From a virus (Duplodnaviria; Heunggongvirae; Uroviricota; Caudoviricetes), in IMG/VR virus record IMGVR_UViG_3300037466_003234: a stretch of DNA of 64,000 nt; one strand, given 5' to 3'. The notes below the pieces were generated by a model. The model did no database searches. It was not told where the DNA came from and saw nothing but the letters and a program-made list of their open reading frames with translations. Made by a program: the position numbers and the translations under genes. How positions within the stretch are numbered: the stretch's first letter is position 1; each line of letters begins with the position of its first letter. Shown piece after piece: positions 45,941 through 55,472 of the stretch.

Positions 45941-46927
45941 CTAACCTTGCTCTTCATCAGTGCCGGGATCGTTAATTGTGGTCCAAGCTTCCTGAGTGGC
46001 GTCAAAAGTTGAGTCTAAATTGCTCATGATGGTAATTCCGCCAGTCATTCCATCCTTAACAGTAGCCTTCTCAATTACGCGGCGAGGTGACTTAATCCAA
46101 GTGTTCTCGACCTGACCAGATAGGGTGATATAGCGGCTCCAAGCCGTTTCCCCACCTTCGGTGGCAAAATTACCATTTAGGTCAGGATTTCCACGACTTA
46201 CAACGCTTTCAGCGAAACCGTTTGCCTCAAGCAGGCTCTCGCGGTATCGCAAAATGCTATAAAGTACGATCGACTCAAGCCATAGGAGGACTTGAGGGTC
46301 GCCGTGGACGTGGCAGCCTACGTTGTAGGTTTCTTGGAAGAATGTGTGCTCTACGCGTGCCTTATAGAACTGGAATTGTGGTATAATAGCGAATCTGGTC
46401 GTATCAAGCTCAAGGTCTTCTTCAATGAAAACGCCTTCGTCGTCCATTCCAATGATTTGATATCCGTGGCCTGTAGAAGGATCGACAAGGATCATTCCGA
46501 TTGCCACAGAGTCTAGGCCCGACGGAACAGGGACGTGACCGGTAGAGTTTTCATAAGACGTGTCAAATGGCTTAACAACGAAAGGAATAGGTTTTCCGAT
46601 TTCCTGAGGCATCAAAACAACGGTTTCGGAAGAAGAATCGCCCATGCTCTTCATAGGCTCTTTTTCATTGCTGGAGCCGATTTCGATGGTAATGCAAGGA
46701 AGCTCATCTTTATCGTCGCGACCGCGCATAAAGACGTTAATTTTGTTATTTAAGAACCATTCCTTACAGGCGTCGATTTGCTTTTGGCCGTACTTAGCAG
46801 CTGTATAGGGGTTTGAGGCCAGATCGCCAAGCATGTGGTCGATAAGCCATGGGTTCTTACGCATGTCGTCCATGCCGTTTTCAATTGCGGCTTTAATGAA
46901 GATATCGCCTTGAAAAATGCCTGCCAT
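45941..46927 (-). CDS. virion-module protein (unknown)
   Basis: ATG at 46927 overlapping the upstream stop. Confidence 0.55.
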   Translation of the reverse strand: MAGIFQGDIFIKAAIENGMDDMRKNPWLIDHMLGDLASNPYTAAKYGQKQIDACKEWFLNNKINVFMRGRDDKDELPCITIEIGSSNEKEPMKSMGDSSSETVVLMPQEIGKPIPFVVKPFDTSYENSTGHVPVPSGLDSVAIGMILVDPSTGHGYQIIGMDDEGVFIEEDLELDTTRFAIIPQFQFYKARVEHTFFQETYNVGCHVHGDPQVLLWLESIVLYSILRYRESLLEANGFAESVVSRGNPDLNGNFATEGGETAWSRYITLSGQVENTWIKSPRRVIEKATVKDGMTGGITIMSNLDSTFDATQEAWTTINDPGTDEEQG

Positions 46928-46929
46928 AA

Positions 46930-47691
46930 TTAACCCCAATCTTTCATGACCTTAGTCATTAAGTCGGGCAAAACCTTAGTTTCCCATTCTTTCATTGCCC
47001 ACTCTACGGCGCGATCCAAGAACTTCTTGGCGTCCACACCTGGGTGTAACCATTTATCTTTTTGATTAGGCTTGTCGGAGACTGTTCTAAAGGTAAATAT
47101 ATCACGCCTGACTCCGCCACCTGGGGTCTGGGTCTGGTAGATACGCAATCTGTCCAAAACAGGGGTATTGCCCTTGCCTGGGGTTTCGCCACCAAAGTTG
47201 AATTCATGGAGCAGTCCAACGCGAGGGCTGCCTTGGGCGTTCTTTTCAATTTTCTTAAATGGAACCTTTTGCTGCTTTAGCTCAGACTTGATTCTATCGA
47301 CTAGGTTCTGGGCGTAGCCATTCATTTGGCTTGGAGCTTTGCTGTGCTCAAAAGGAACTACTCTGTACTTATGACCATCTTTAGCCGTTTCGCCATCTCT
47401 CAATAGGCCTGGCTTCATGTCAAAATTAGCGTCCAAGCCTTCTTCGATCCAGAGAGCATCTTCGTCGATGGCAACAACCCAAATACCGTCAGAAACCTCT
47501 TCAAACTTTAAGTTATCCTGTAGAGTCTTAAGTGAAGACTTAAGCTCCTGACTGGCTAACTCAGCTACTTTGGCGTGAGTCATGGATGCGAGTGCTTTGA
47601 CGCCCTGAATGAACTCTTGTTCAGCTTCAACTGCAAATTCTTTGAATTGAGCAGCAATAGCAGCAACGTCAATGTTGATCTTAATGCTCAT
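46930..47691 (-). CDS. virion-module protein (unknown)
   Basis: ATG at 47691 with GAGGAA SD (MSIKINIDVAA...). Confidence 0.55.
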   Translation of the reverse strand: MSIKINIDVAAIAAQFKEFAVEAEQEFIQGVKALASMTHAKVAELASQELKSSLKTLQDNLKFEEVSDGIWVVAIDEDALWIEEGLDANFDMKPGLLRDGETAKDGHKYRVVPFEHSKAPSQMNGYAQNLVDRIKSELKQQKVPFKKIEKNAQGSPRVGLLHEFNFGGETPGKGNTPVLDRLRIYQTQTPGGGVRRDIFTFRTVSDKPNQKDKWLHPGVDAKKFLDRAVEWAMKEWETKVLPDLMTKVMKDWG

Positions 47692-47900
47692 CAGTGTTCC
47701 TCGAAGGAGGTTTGACAGGCACGCCGGTAGGGCTTTGAACCATACCTTGCTTACGATCGATAAAGCGAGTCTTGCCAGTTTTTGGATCAACTACCTTTTG
47801 CTGACCTTTGGCGTTAATTGCGCCTGGAGGCATAGGTGTTCTGGCGATATGCTTAGTAGTGTGTTTTGCCGATAGTTTGCCGATAGGCTGACCTACCGGC

Positions 47901-49190
47901 TTACTGCTGTGGGGATTCCGCAGCGTCCTCCTGGGCCGCTGCAGGAGGAGCGGCAGGCGTTTCAGCTTGCTGCCCTGGCTGTTCCGTTGGATCGGCTGGA
48001 GTTTCTTCGGATGGTCCAAGGCCTAGCATCTTTGCCATTTCAATCATGGCCTTAAGCATCATGATCGAAGCTTGATATAGCTGCGGCGCTTGTTCTTTTG
48101 CGCGTTCGAGAATGTCTTTGCTTTGCTTAAAGCCATCAAGGGCTTCGGACACCATTCCAACTACTTTTTCGCGTGCGATCTGATCTGCGTGCTGATCAAG
48201 TCCACCTTGGAGAACTTGCGTGAGATCTGGACCTTGACCTTGATCTTCTTCAGAAAGGCCCATGTCCGCAGGAACGTTTTCTTGGTCTCCTGGGAGCGCC
48301 TGCCCATTCACTGGAAGGGCAGCGTCATCTGACATCGGATCTACTGGAGCTTCTTGATCAAAATGTTGCAGAATATTCTGCATAGCTTGAGCAGTCTCAG
48401 GATCATCTTGTTCTGATCCTTCTGCTGATCCGACGGCTGTGGGGTCTTGCCCAGCAGCGACTTTAGCGTCGTACTCAGCGCAGTGGGGGCAGTCACAACT
48501 GTCTGCACCACCGCGTTCGTCGTATTCTTTACAGTATGGGCAATTGTCGTGATCGTGTTCTTCGCTATTTCCTTCAGCTTGCTTAGCATCGTATTCCTTA
48601 CAATATGGGCAGTCATCGCCGCATGCATGTCCGTCAGCGCCATCCATTTCTGCGCAATAAGGACAATCGTGATGATCATCAGCCGGAGCCGGTTGATCGG
48701 TTGTGGTTTGAACGTCGTCTGATTTTTGTTCTGGAGTCATGTAAGCTTCTCCTAGTTTCTTTTGTTCGGCAGAAGCGTCATCTGCTCCAAGGCTTGATTG
48801 GGCTAGCGCATAGTCCTGCTCTACACTGTCGTCGTAGTTAACGACTTGGTCTTTGCCGCGAAGTTTTCCGACCATGAGGGATTTGCCAGCCTGAGAAAGG
48901 TCTTGTCCAACGCCGACAGTCATGGTTAGGCCTGTCGCGAACTGATAGTCTTTGCGAAGTTCTTCAATGTGGTCCATGGCTTGAGGAGGAACCTGAAAGG
49001 TGCCTTCGTCGCCACCGCCAGAAATGCGGGTTCCGCCCATTTCAGCTACCCAGCGGGTAACGATTTCATGGCCGAGATCAATGCGCTGAGAGGCCTCGCT
49101 GAGACCTTGTGCGTCGTTTGCTAAAATTGCTCTTCCGACCAAACGACCGGCGTTGTCGCCGTCGTAGGCCATAATTAACATGTTATCCAC
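47901..49190 (-). CDS. acidic virion-module protein with N-terminal DxD...GGDE palm-like motif and four CPxC zinc-knuckle repeats
   Basis: IMAYDGDNAG...ISGGGDEGTFQV at residues about 7-62. DCPYCAEMD / DCPYCKEYD / NCPYCKEYD / DCPHCAEYD repeats. Long acidic tail. Confidence 0.55.
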   Translation of the reverse strand: MDNMLIMAYDGDNAGRLVGRAILANDAQGLSEASQRIDLGHEIVTRWVAEMGGTRISGGGDEGTFQVPPQAMDHIEELRKDYQFATGLTMTVGVGQDLSQAGKSLMVGKLRGKDQVVNYDDSVEQDYALAQSSLGADDASAEQKKLGEAYMTPEQKSDDVQTTTDQPAPADDHHDCPYCAEMDGADGHACGDDCPYCKEYDAKQAEGNSEEHDHDNCPYCKEYDERGGADSCDCPHCAEYDAKVAAGQDPTAVGSAEGSEQDDPETAQAMQNILQHFDQEAPVDPMSDDAALPVNGQALPGDQENVPADMGLSEEDQGQGPDLTQVLQGGLDQHADQIAREKVVGMVSEALDGFKQSKDILERAKEQAPQLYQASIMMLKAMIEMAKMLGLGPSEETPADPTEQPGQQAETPAAPPAAAQEDAAESPQQ

Positions 49191-50172
49191 GTTTCCTCCT
49201 CATGACCTCAAGGAGCATTTCGATATTTTCTTCATCCCAGCCTTTGCTGAAACGAACGGTGATGCCATCTTCGGTCTTCTTAATGAAAACCCTACGTTCC
49301 ATGTCATCGCCTAGGCAAATGCAGCCTGAAAAGAGCTTGCCATCAAAAATGTTCTTGCCACAGTCTGGACAATGGACGTTTTCGCCCTTAGCAAGCTCGA
49401 CTGTAAATTCTTTCTTTTTCTTACGAGAGTCTAAGAAGCCTTTAAGGGGAGAACCCTTAGTTTTTGGCGCATCCACAAATTCAGGCTCCTTCTTATTAAC
49501 TATGGCGTCCGCGACTGCCATACCGTTTGCCATGCCTCTGTGGTACTCATTACCGGTAGACTGCTTGGCGACCTGTGCTAGATTAGAAATATCATGCTTC
49601 ATATTACGGAGAGACTCTAACTCCTCCGTTAATTTCATAAGCATGAGTTGGTGGACGGCTTCTTTTTGCGCAATTTTGTTGTCTACGACCTTGTTAACTA
49701 GGTCGTGGAGGGCTAGACGCTCCTCAATAAGCTTCTGGACGCGTTCTTCTGCCCCAGGAGCGAGTTCTGCCTGCTTAGGGCCTTCTAGGCTATCCATGTC
49801 GTAAAGCTCAAAGGCGCTCATAATAACGAGTCCTACGCCGGGGATAGAGCGGAACTTAAAGTCAACGATAACCTTGTTGTCTTGTTCAATCTCGCCAGAA
49901 TAAACGTCACGCTCGTGCTTGTTAATTCTGACCATTGCAGGGGCGCCTGGGACTGGGAGCCAGATTTCCTTGTTATCGCCAAGGTTCATTGGCGTTAATT
50001 CGCGAATTAACAAGGACATAATAGTGCGCGGCACGATACGGAGAGCGGTTTTGATCTCCTCGTGGTCAAGCGTAGTCTTAGTTCCTGGTTTCCAAAGCTC
50101 AAACTTCTCTAGCGACTCAAAAAAGTCATCGCCGAGAGCTTTCTTTAGAAAGTTATCCGCGCCCTTAGCCAT
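49183..50172 (-). CDS. virion-module protein (unknown; C-terminal CPDCG...CIC)
   Basis: ORF. Contains the palindrome GTTAATTCGCGAATTAAC. Confidence 0.55.
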   Translation of the reverse strand: MAKGADNFLKKALGDDFFESLEKFELWKPGTKTTLDHEEIKTALRIVPRTIMSLLIRELTPMNLGDNKEIWLPVPGAPAMVRINKHERDVYSGEIEQDNKVIVDFKFRSIPGVGLVIMSAFELYDMDSLEGPKQAELAPGAEERVQKLIEERLALHDLVNKVVDNKIAQKEAVHQLMLMKLTEELESLRNMKHDISNLAQVAKQSTGNEYHRGMANGMAVADAIVNKKEPEFVDAPKTKGSPLKGFLDSRKKKKEFTVELAKGENVHCPDCGKNIFDGKLFSGCICLGDDMERRVFIKKTEDGITVRFSKGWDEENIEMLLEVMRRKRG

Positions 50173-50180
50173 GCTACACC

Positions 50181-50615
50181 TTAGCGCTTGGCTTCTTGTT
50201 GGATGTAGCTTTCGTCGTCAATTAAGAAGACTAGAAGCGTTGAAGCAGTAGTTCTAACGAAAGTCTTCGATCCGCAAGCAATGTAGGTCCAGTCGCCGGG
50301 GGCGCAAGGAATACCTACGTTTCCGTTTGCATCGCAAGCTCCAGGGGCCAATGCGGCAATGGAAGCGTCGTCTCCAAGGGTAACAGCGCCAACCGAAGTT
50401 GCGTTATTGTAAATAGCCAAGTTCTTACCCATGGAAGGAAGGACTTTAGCGGTAGCTGCGTTGGTGGTAAAGCCAGCGCCAGTTCCGTCGTCCAAAGGAA
50501 TGAGTTTACGGCCCACTTCCATATTCTTTTCTGCGCCAGAAGCCTCATTGTACGTGAGGTTGCCAAGCTGACCAGTGTCTTTGATATTACTAGTGTTTCT
50601 CTTGTTAATTGCCAT
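50181..50615 (-). CDS. hypothetical protein
   Basis: ORF. Confidence 0.5.
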   Translation of the reverse strand: MAINKRNTSNIKDTGQLGNLTYNEASGAEKNMEVGRKLIPLDDGTGAGFTTNAATAKVLPSMGKNLAIYNNATSVGAVTLGDDASIAALAPGACDANGNVGIPCAPGDWTYIACGSKTFVRTTASTLLVFLIDDESYIQQEAKR

Positions 50616-50647
50616 AAGTCGTTAACTTCCTTACAGTTAGGTTACCT

Positions 50648-51565
50648 TTAAGATTGCTCGCCGTCGTCGCCAAAGGCTGCCATATCGACTGCGATAGAGC
50701 CGTTATCGGGCTTTACGGAATCGGTAGGGGCCTCAACGGCACGCTGAGGATCTTTGGATTTATTTTGGTTTTCTGGACCACCCTTATTTTGGTTGTGGTA
50801 GATGTATTCTCTAACGATAACAGCATGATACGGCATTCTTTCGGAAGTTCTTACATTTCCGTTAGTTACGCCGGTTACGCGGACTTCCTTAGGTAAGGAA
50901 ACAACGTACCAGTAGGCCTTGTAGAGATAACGCACTGAATATACACGGCCTTTTCCAGTGTCCGGGTCAATGCCAGGATTCTTACCGCCAGAGAGCCAGC
51001 GAATATTGCCGTTTTGGGTGATGCAGTAGTCAACACCTTCGACGTATTCTTTATTTTGGCTATCCACAATTGGGACTTCTAGCTTGGAAATAGGGAACAT
51101 TGGGACATTATCTTGTCCCGATTCGTAGTCCATGCGTTGGTAATTGCTGACTAAAACGTCGGCTTGGGGATCAGAAATGTAGATACGATCGCCTGGAGCC
51201 ATGTAAATTCTTGTTTTTCCGTCTTCGTAAAAACGAGGAAGGACCAGTCTTGACTGGGAGGTATCCAAAAGGTCATTTTGACCACTCTTTTGGTTGCGCT
51301 CGTTATCTTCCATGGTGGCCGTAAACGTTCCAGCGCACTTATAGATCATGCCATTGGAAGTAATGGTATCGACGCCGTCAGAACGACGGTAGTCGCCACG
51401 GTCTTTGAGCCCAATAGGGCTTGGCATAGCCTTGTAGTGCGAAAAGGTAACGCCAAAGCTTTTGACGAACTTATCCTGCTTGTTCAAGTCCAAGGACATC
51501 TGAACAAAAGGGCTAGTTCTGTTAATTGCGTCGGCCTGATTGCCGTCTGGTTTACGATCTGCCAT
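50648..51565 (-). CDS. virion-module protein (unknown)
   Basis: ORF, 305 aa. Confidence 0.55.
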   Translation of the reverse strand: MADRKPDGNQADAINRTSPFVQMSLDLNKQDKFVKSFGVTFSHYKAMPSPIGLKDRGDYRRSDGVDTITSNGMIYKCAGTFTATMEDNERNQKSGQNDLLDTSQSRLVLPRFYEDGKTRIYMAPGDRIYISDPQADVLVSNYQRMDYESGQDNVPMFPISKLEVPIVDSQNKEYVEGVDYCITQNGNIRWLSGGKNPGIDPDTGKGRVYSVRYLYKAYWYVVSLPKEVRVTGVTNGNVRTSERMPYHAVIVREYIYHNQNKGGPENQNKSKDPQRAVEAPTDSVKPDNGSIAVDMAAFGDDGEQS

Positions 51566-51767
51566 TTTTTTCCAATAGATCTTTGATCTCTTCTATCTTT
51601 CTATCAGCGCTCTCCAGCGAAGAAGACATAAGTTTAACCATTTCTTGGAATTGCTGCTTTTTAACCTCTTTGTCGCTCCAAGACTTTTCGTTAATTTTGC
51701 TTTCTAATCTTTTATTCGCTGCTTTTGGCATAATTAACTCTCGATGCGCGTTTTCTTGGCTCCGCAA
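51552..51767 (-). CDS. small charged protein
   Basis: ORF overlapping neighbours. Confidence 0.4.
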   Translation of the reverse strand: MRSQENAHRELIMPKAANKRLESKINEKSWSDKEVKKQQFQEMVKLMSSSLESADRKIEEIKDLLEKNGRS

Positions 51768-52237
51768 GCCATTGCCTTCTCGATCGTCGCGCCGGCCAAA
51801 GCCCTTGCAAATTCTTTTGGCATTTTTAGTTCTTCAAACACGATCGTATCGCCTCTGAGTGATCCGGTAGCGGTACCGATTCTCTCGCCATGCTTTTGGA
51901 CATGGAATTCGATCTTTTCGTTGGTCTGAACTGAATAGATATCATGGCCAGACTTCCTAAGTTCATCAGAAAGGAAGTGCGAGTGCTGGTCCACGGTAGG
52001 ATTTACGGAATCTTCGCTCTTCATAAGGGTAGGCTGGAATTGAGGGTAAGCTTTTTCGATGTTATACTTAACGATAGCTGGGTGAGAGCCTGCAGCGAGA
52101 GCTTCTTCGCGAGCCTTTCCCTTTGGCTTGCCGATACCAATCCAGAATCCGCCCTTAGTGCGAATCATCTTGACTGGAGCGTTGTCGAGCATGCCAGCTT
52201 CTTCAATTGAATGAATTTCGTTTGGAGTAATATTCAT
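51734..52237 (-). CDS. hypothetical protein
   Basis: ORF. Confidence 0.5.
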   Translation of the reverse strand: MNITPNEIHSIEEAGMLDNAPVKMIRTKGGFWIGIGKPKGKAREEALAAGSHPAIVKYNIEKAYPQFQPTLMKSEDSVNPTVDQHSHFLSDELRKSGHDIYSVQTNEKIEFHVQKHGERIGTATGSLRGDTIVFEELKMPKEFARALAGATIEKAMACGAKKTRIES

Positions 52238-52238
52238 G

Positions 52239-53372
52239 TTATTTCCCTTTATTGTACGCGTCGTTAATTTTCTTAACGTGCCAATGATGGCTTATATTCT
52301 TGTGCTCTTTTTGGGCTCGATAGGTACCTTTGATGCCCTCTAACCATGCGTAACCTATCGCCGATGGATCATGACCGAAATGATGCTCAAGTCTTGCGAG
52401 ATGGCGGGAGGCTACTTGGTCCTCTAGCTCAGGATGATCTTGCATATAGTGATGCAAGTCTTGACCGTGTAGCATTAACGCCTTTTTGTGCTTGGCCTTG
52501 AGATCGGCACTGAGCCCGACAGTGTCGCGGATGATGGCAGGAGTAAGGCCGTATTTTCCGTACGCCTTTTCGCCATGATGCATTCCGCCTAACGCGTGGT
52601 GATCCATCTGTTTGCCATTGCTACTTTCGACCTGTGCGATCGTATGAAGCATTTTTTGGCTAGAATATGCAGGAATAGTTTGCTGGTGAGCAATATCGTT
52701 GTTGACCGGAGCCATCGATTGGCCCGGAGTACCTACTGCGACTGCGGCAGCTGCGCCGAGTGCAGTTCCTAAGTTTTTGAGAGCACCTTTTTCTAGCGGA
52801 TCGCCCAAGTCTTGCTCGGACGCTGCTAGTTTTTCATACTCCTCATGCTGTTTAGGAGGATGGAAGGTGTCAATTACCTTATGACCATGCCTTAACTGGG
52901 CAGGTCCAAATTCAATGCCTGCCTCGTGGGCAGTTTTTGGTTTTTTAGCGAAAACGTTATCAAACGTCTTTTTGTCCACTGTGATGTGGACAGGGTGATC
53001 TGGAGAGTGTCCAGGGTAGCCGTATTGAGAGAGCTTCTTTCTGTTCTCTACAAAGTGTTTTTGATGCTCGCCGAGCAGCTTAATGGCGTAGGTGTCGTTT
53101 CCGAACCTATCCTTAAGCACTGCGGGCTCAATATGAGTCTTCTTAGGATCAATCGCTGGGTAGTGAAGGCCCTTAGCCGCCTCATGAGCTTGCGCAAGAG
53201 GATCTTTGGTGTGGTCGAACATTTTAATGGTAGAGTGATATGCAATGCCATTGTCCGGTCTATGGGTTTGACCGTTAATGGTTACTGGATGACCCAAAAG
53301 AATACCCTGCTCGGCGATCTTTTTATACGCCTGCGGATCTTCAGCTTTGAGGAGTTCCAGAAAGTAGTCCAT
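52239..53372 (-). CDS. fusion protein: N-terminal 2H-phosphoesterase-like domain plus C-terminal lytic transglycosylase (SLT)-like domain
   Basis: Two H-x-T-x motifs about 85 aa apart (AYHSTIKM and PVHITVD), as in LigT/2H. C-terminal TIAQVESSNGKQ...GGMHHGEKAYGKYGLTP resembles the SLT catalytic ES and GLMQ region. Confidence 0.55.
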   Translation of the reverse strand: MDYFLELLKAEDPQAYKKIAEQGILLGHPVTINGQTHRPDNGIAYHSTIKMFDHTKDPLAQAHEAAKGLHYPAIDPKKTHIEPAVLKDRFGNDTYAIKLLGEHQKHFVENRKKLSQYGYPGHSPDHPVHITVDKKTFDNVFAKKPKTAHEAGIEFGPAQLRHGHKVIDTFHPPKQHEEYEKLAASEQDLGDPLEKGALKNLGTALGAAAAVAVGTPGQSMAPVNNDIAHQQTIPAYSSQKMLHTIAQVESSNGKQMDHHALGGMHHGEKAYGKYGLTPAIIRDTVGLSADLKAKHKKALMLHGQDLHHYMQDHPELEDQVASRHLARLEHHFGHDPSAIGYAWLEGIKGTYRAQKEHKNISHHWHVKKINDAYNKGK

Positions 53373-54199
53373 TAGAAGTTACTCACATGAAATCTTGAGA
53401 AGAAGAGGGCCTTAAGCTTTTTGATAAGCTCCGCCTTCTTATTTTCGAGATCTTCTAGCCTCTTATTATAAACGTTAACGCCTGGACCGCTTGACGACTG
53501 AGAAATGCCGTCTTGAGACATCGATTGAGAGTTGTAAATGTTCGAAGGAGCGATGCTGCTCAAGATGTCGATAGCTGCAACCACGCCAATGAGTTCATTG
53601 ACAGGAATCGGAATCTGACCTTCGGTAGCGGAGATGCCGGCGGTGTAATTGATTTGCCAATAGGCAGGAACCCAGCCGAGTCCACCCATGACAGAGAGGA
53701 ATGCGATACCTGCGTTACCTACGGCGCCCTGAACGGTGTTAATTCCATAAGCTGCAAGTAGCGGGATGACGTTGATTTGGCGCTTAGAGAAATTGGCAGT
53801 TTCGATCCAATCAGGTGGAAGTTCAAAGATATTTTCGCCGTTAGCACTGACGATAGCTAGATGCTCGATACTTACGATAGGGCCTTGCTCGGTGCGAAGC
53901 TGAATGAATGCGTCGTAGAGGCTTTTGTCGAATGGGGCTTTTTCTTGGACAGCATTGCGATAGATTGGGCAGCCAATAAGAGTTTCGACTTCGTTAGAGG
54001 CTAGATTGATACGATCCTTAAGCTCATCTGGGGTAAAGCTATCGCCGTTAGGGAACTGGAGTGGAATACCCTTCAAGTAGCGGCTGATAAGTTTGTCTGG
54101 CGTCAAAAGAGGTTCAACGCGCTTAAGAAGGCCTGAGGTCTCCTTTGCGTGAACCGGATAGACGGCAGTGCCGAAGTTTTTAGTCTGATTGAAGTTCAT
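53372..54199 (-). CDS. virion-module protein (unknown)
   Basis: ATG at 54199 with GGAG SD. TAATG coupling. Confidence 0.55.
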   Translation of the reverse strand: MNFNQTKNFGTAVYPVHAKETSGLLKRVEPLLTPDKLISRYLKGIPLQFPNGDSFTPDELKDRINLASNEVETLIGCPIYRNAVQEKAPFDKSLYDAFIQLRTEQGPIVSIEHLAIVSANGENIFELPPDWIETANFSKRQINVIPLLAAYGINTVQGAVGNAGIAFLSVMGGLGWVPAYWQINYTAGISATEGQIPIPVNELIGVVAAIDILSSIAPSNIYNSQSMSQDGISQSSSGPGVNVYNKRLEDLENKKAELIKKLKALFFSRFHVSNF

Positions 54200-54585
54200 T
54201 AGCAACTCCCATCGGCGCCTGGATACTCAACGGACATCAAATTGATTCCACTGAATTTGCGCGTGACGTTATTTTCAGTGATCGAGAAGACGACGTTACC
54301 GCTAGCAGGGATCTGCGTGCTGGATAGGTCGATCTTCCATAGGGAGCCATCTCCAGTGACCTGGACGGCGTTAATTGTGATCTTTTTAGCGTCGTCAACT
54401 GAAGGGAAATTAACGCTTAAAGCCACGGCAGGATCTTGGGGCATATAGCGCAAGCCATCCTGGTCCATGTCAACTAGTTGGAAATAAAGAGTATTTGGCT
54501 CTCCAGCTCTGATTTCCCACTGGTTAGCGTAGCCGAAGTGATTGATATCACTGAAATTTTTGATAACTTTTGCGGATAGCCTCAT
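54199..54585 (-). CDS. hypothetical protein
   Basis: GGAG SD. Confidence 0.5.
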   Translation of the reverse strand: MRLSAKVIKNFSDINHFGYANQWEIRAGEPNTLYFQLVDMDQDGLRYMPQDPAVALSVNFPSVDDAKKITINAVQVTGDGSLWKIDLSSTQIPASGNVVFSITENNVTRKFSGINLMSVEYPGADGSC

Positions 54586-54664
54586 CTTTTAACTCCAAAA
54601 GGGTATAGTCCTTAATAAAGATTGGAACAAAGGGCTTGATAACCCTTCTATATCGTGCTTAAAT

Positions 54665-54689
54665 AAGGAATTAAGGAATTAAGGAATTA
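54665..54689. repeat. 3x tandem GGAATTAA in the divergent intergenic region
   Basis: Seen directly, between the minus-strand gene ending 54585 and the plus-strand gene at 54708. Confidence 0.6.
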
Positions 54690-54707
54690 ACGAAAATAGG
54701 AGTTAAC

Positions 54708-55424
54708 ATGAAAGTAATCGCTGTAAGTGGCTGGAAAGGTTCAGGAAAAGACACTCTAGCTGCGCATTTGATCGATAAATTTGGTGCAGTCCGCACTTCT
54801 TTTGCTGACCCTCTGAAAGATATGGTGGCCGAAGAATACGGTATTGACCGTACCTCCCTGGACGACCCAGGCCGCAAGGAGCGAGCCCTTCTTCACCTCC
54901 CAGTGAATCCACAAGACCCATATAGTCGCATGATTGCCGAATTCCTCATTAAGGAATTTCGTACTACTCAAGGCATTCAGCCGACAGACTTCACCTATCA
55001 AAACGGTGATTTTTATGGCGTGATCGGAGACATCTCTACTGGACAAACCGTTCGCGTTTATTGGACCCCTCGCGCATTGGCCATTTTGAAGGGTTCTACC
55101 AATCGTTCCGTTCGCTCAAACTACTGGGTGAAGAGAGCGGTTGAGGAAGTTGCTCGCAAAGCCGCAGATGGCTTCGAGCTTCACGTTATTTCTGACCTTC
55201 GCTATCAGTCTGAAATGCAACAATTGAAAGACACCTTTGGATCGGACGTAGTATTCGTAAGAGTCAATCGTTTCGAAGAAAGCCCATCCAAAGATCCTTC
55301 GGAAAGAGATTTGGATAACGCGACCTTCGATTTCTACGTGAACAATAAGGGTACGAAAGAGGAAGCTTTCGCTAGGATGGAAGACATCCTAAGACAAGTG
55401 ACCGTAAACGCCCAAAGCGCGTAA
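54708..55424 (+). CDS. deoxynucleoside monophosphate kinase (T4 gp1-like)
   Basis: MKVIAVSGWKGSGKDTLAAHLIDKFG parallels T4 Dnk MKLIFLSGVKRSGKDTTADFI. P-loop present. TAGGAG SD. Confidence 0.7.
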   Translation: MKVIAVSGWKGSGKDTLAAHLIDKFGAVRTSFADPLKDMVAEEYGIDRTSLDDPGRKERALLHLPVNPQDPYSRMIAEFLIKEFRTTQGIQPTDFTYQNGDFYGVIGDISTGQTVRVYWTPRALAILKGSTNRSVRSNYWVKRAVEEVARKAADGFELHVISDLRYQSEMQQLKDTFGSDVVFVRVNRFEESPSKDPSERDLDNATFDFYVNNKGTKEEAFARMEDILRQVTVNAQSA

Positions 55425-55431
55425 TAAGTTA

Positions 55432-55472
55432 GGGGCCAGTAGCCGACGATGCTGGCCCCTATTCATTTTCTA
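55432..55472. terminator. hairpin between convergent genes (bidirectional terminator candidate)
   Basis: AGGGGCCAG-loop12-CTGGCCCCT then ATTCATTTTCT. Confidence 0.45.

Noticed and set aside
47681-48019. 112-aa ORF overlapping the 3' end of the 47901-49190 gene
   Set aside because: The long form overlaps a better-supported gene. Only a short (~50 aa) internal start at about 47833 would be non-overlapping, and it has no convincing RBS.
54665-54689. GGAATTAA x3 tandem repeat as a possible CRISPR or other array
   Set aside because: Units are 8 bp with no spacers. This is a simple tandem repeat in a promoter region, not a CRISPR array.
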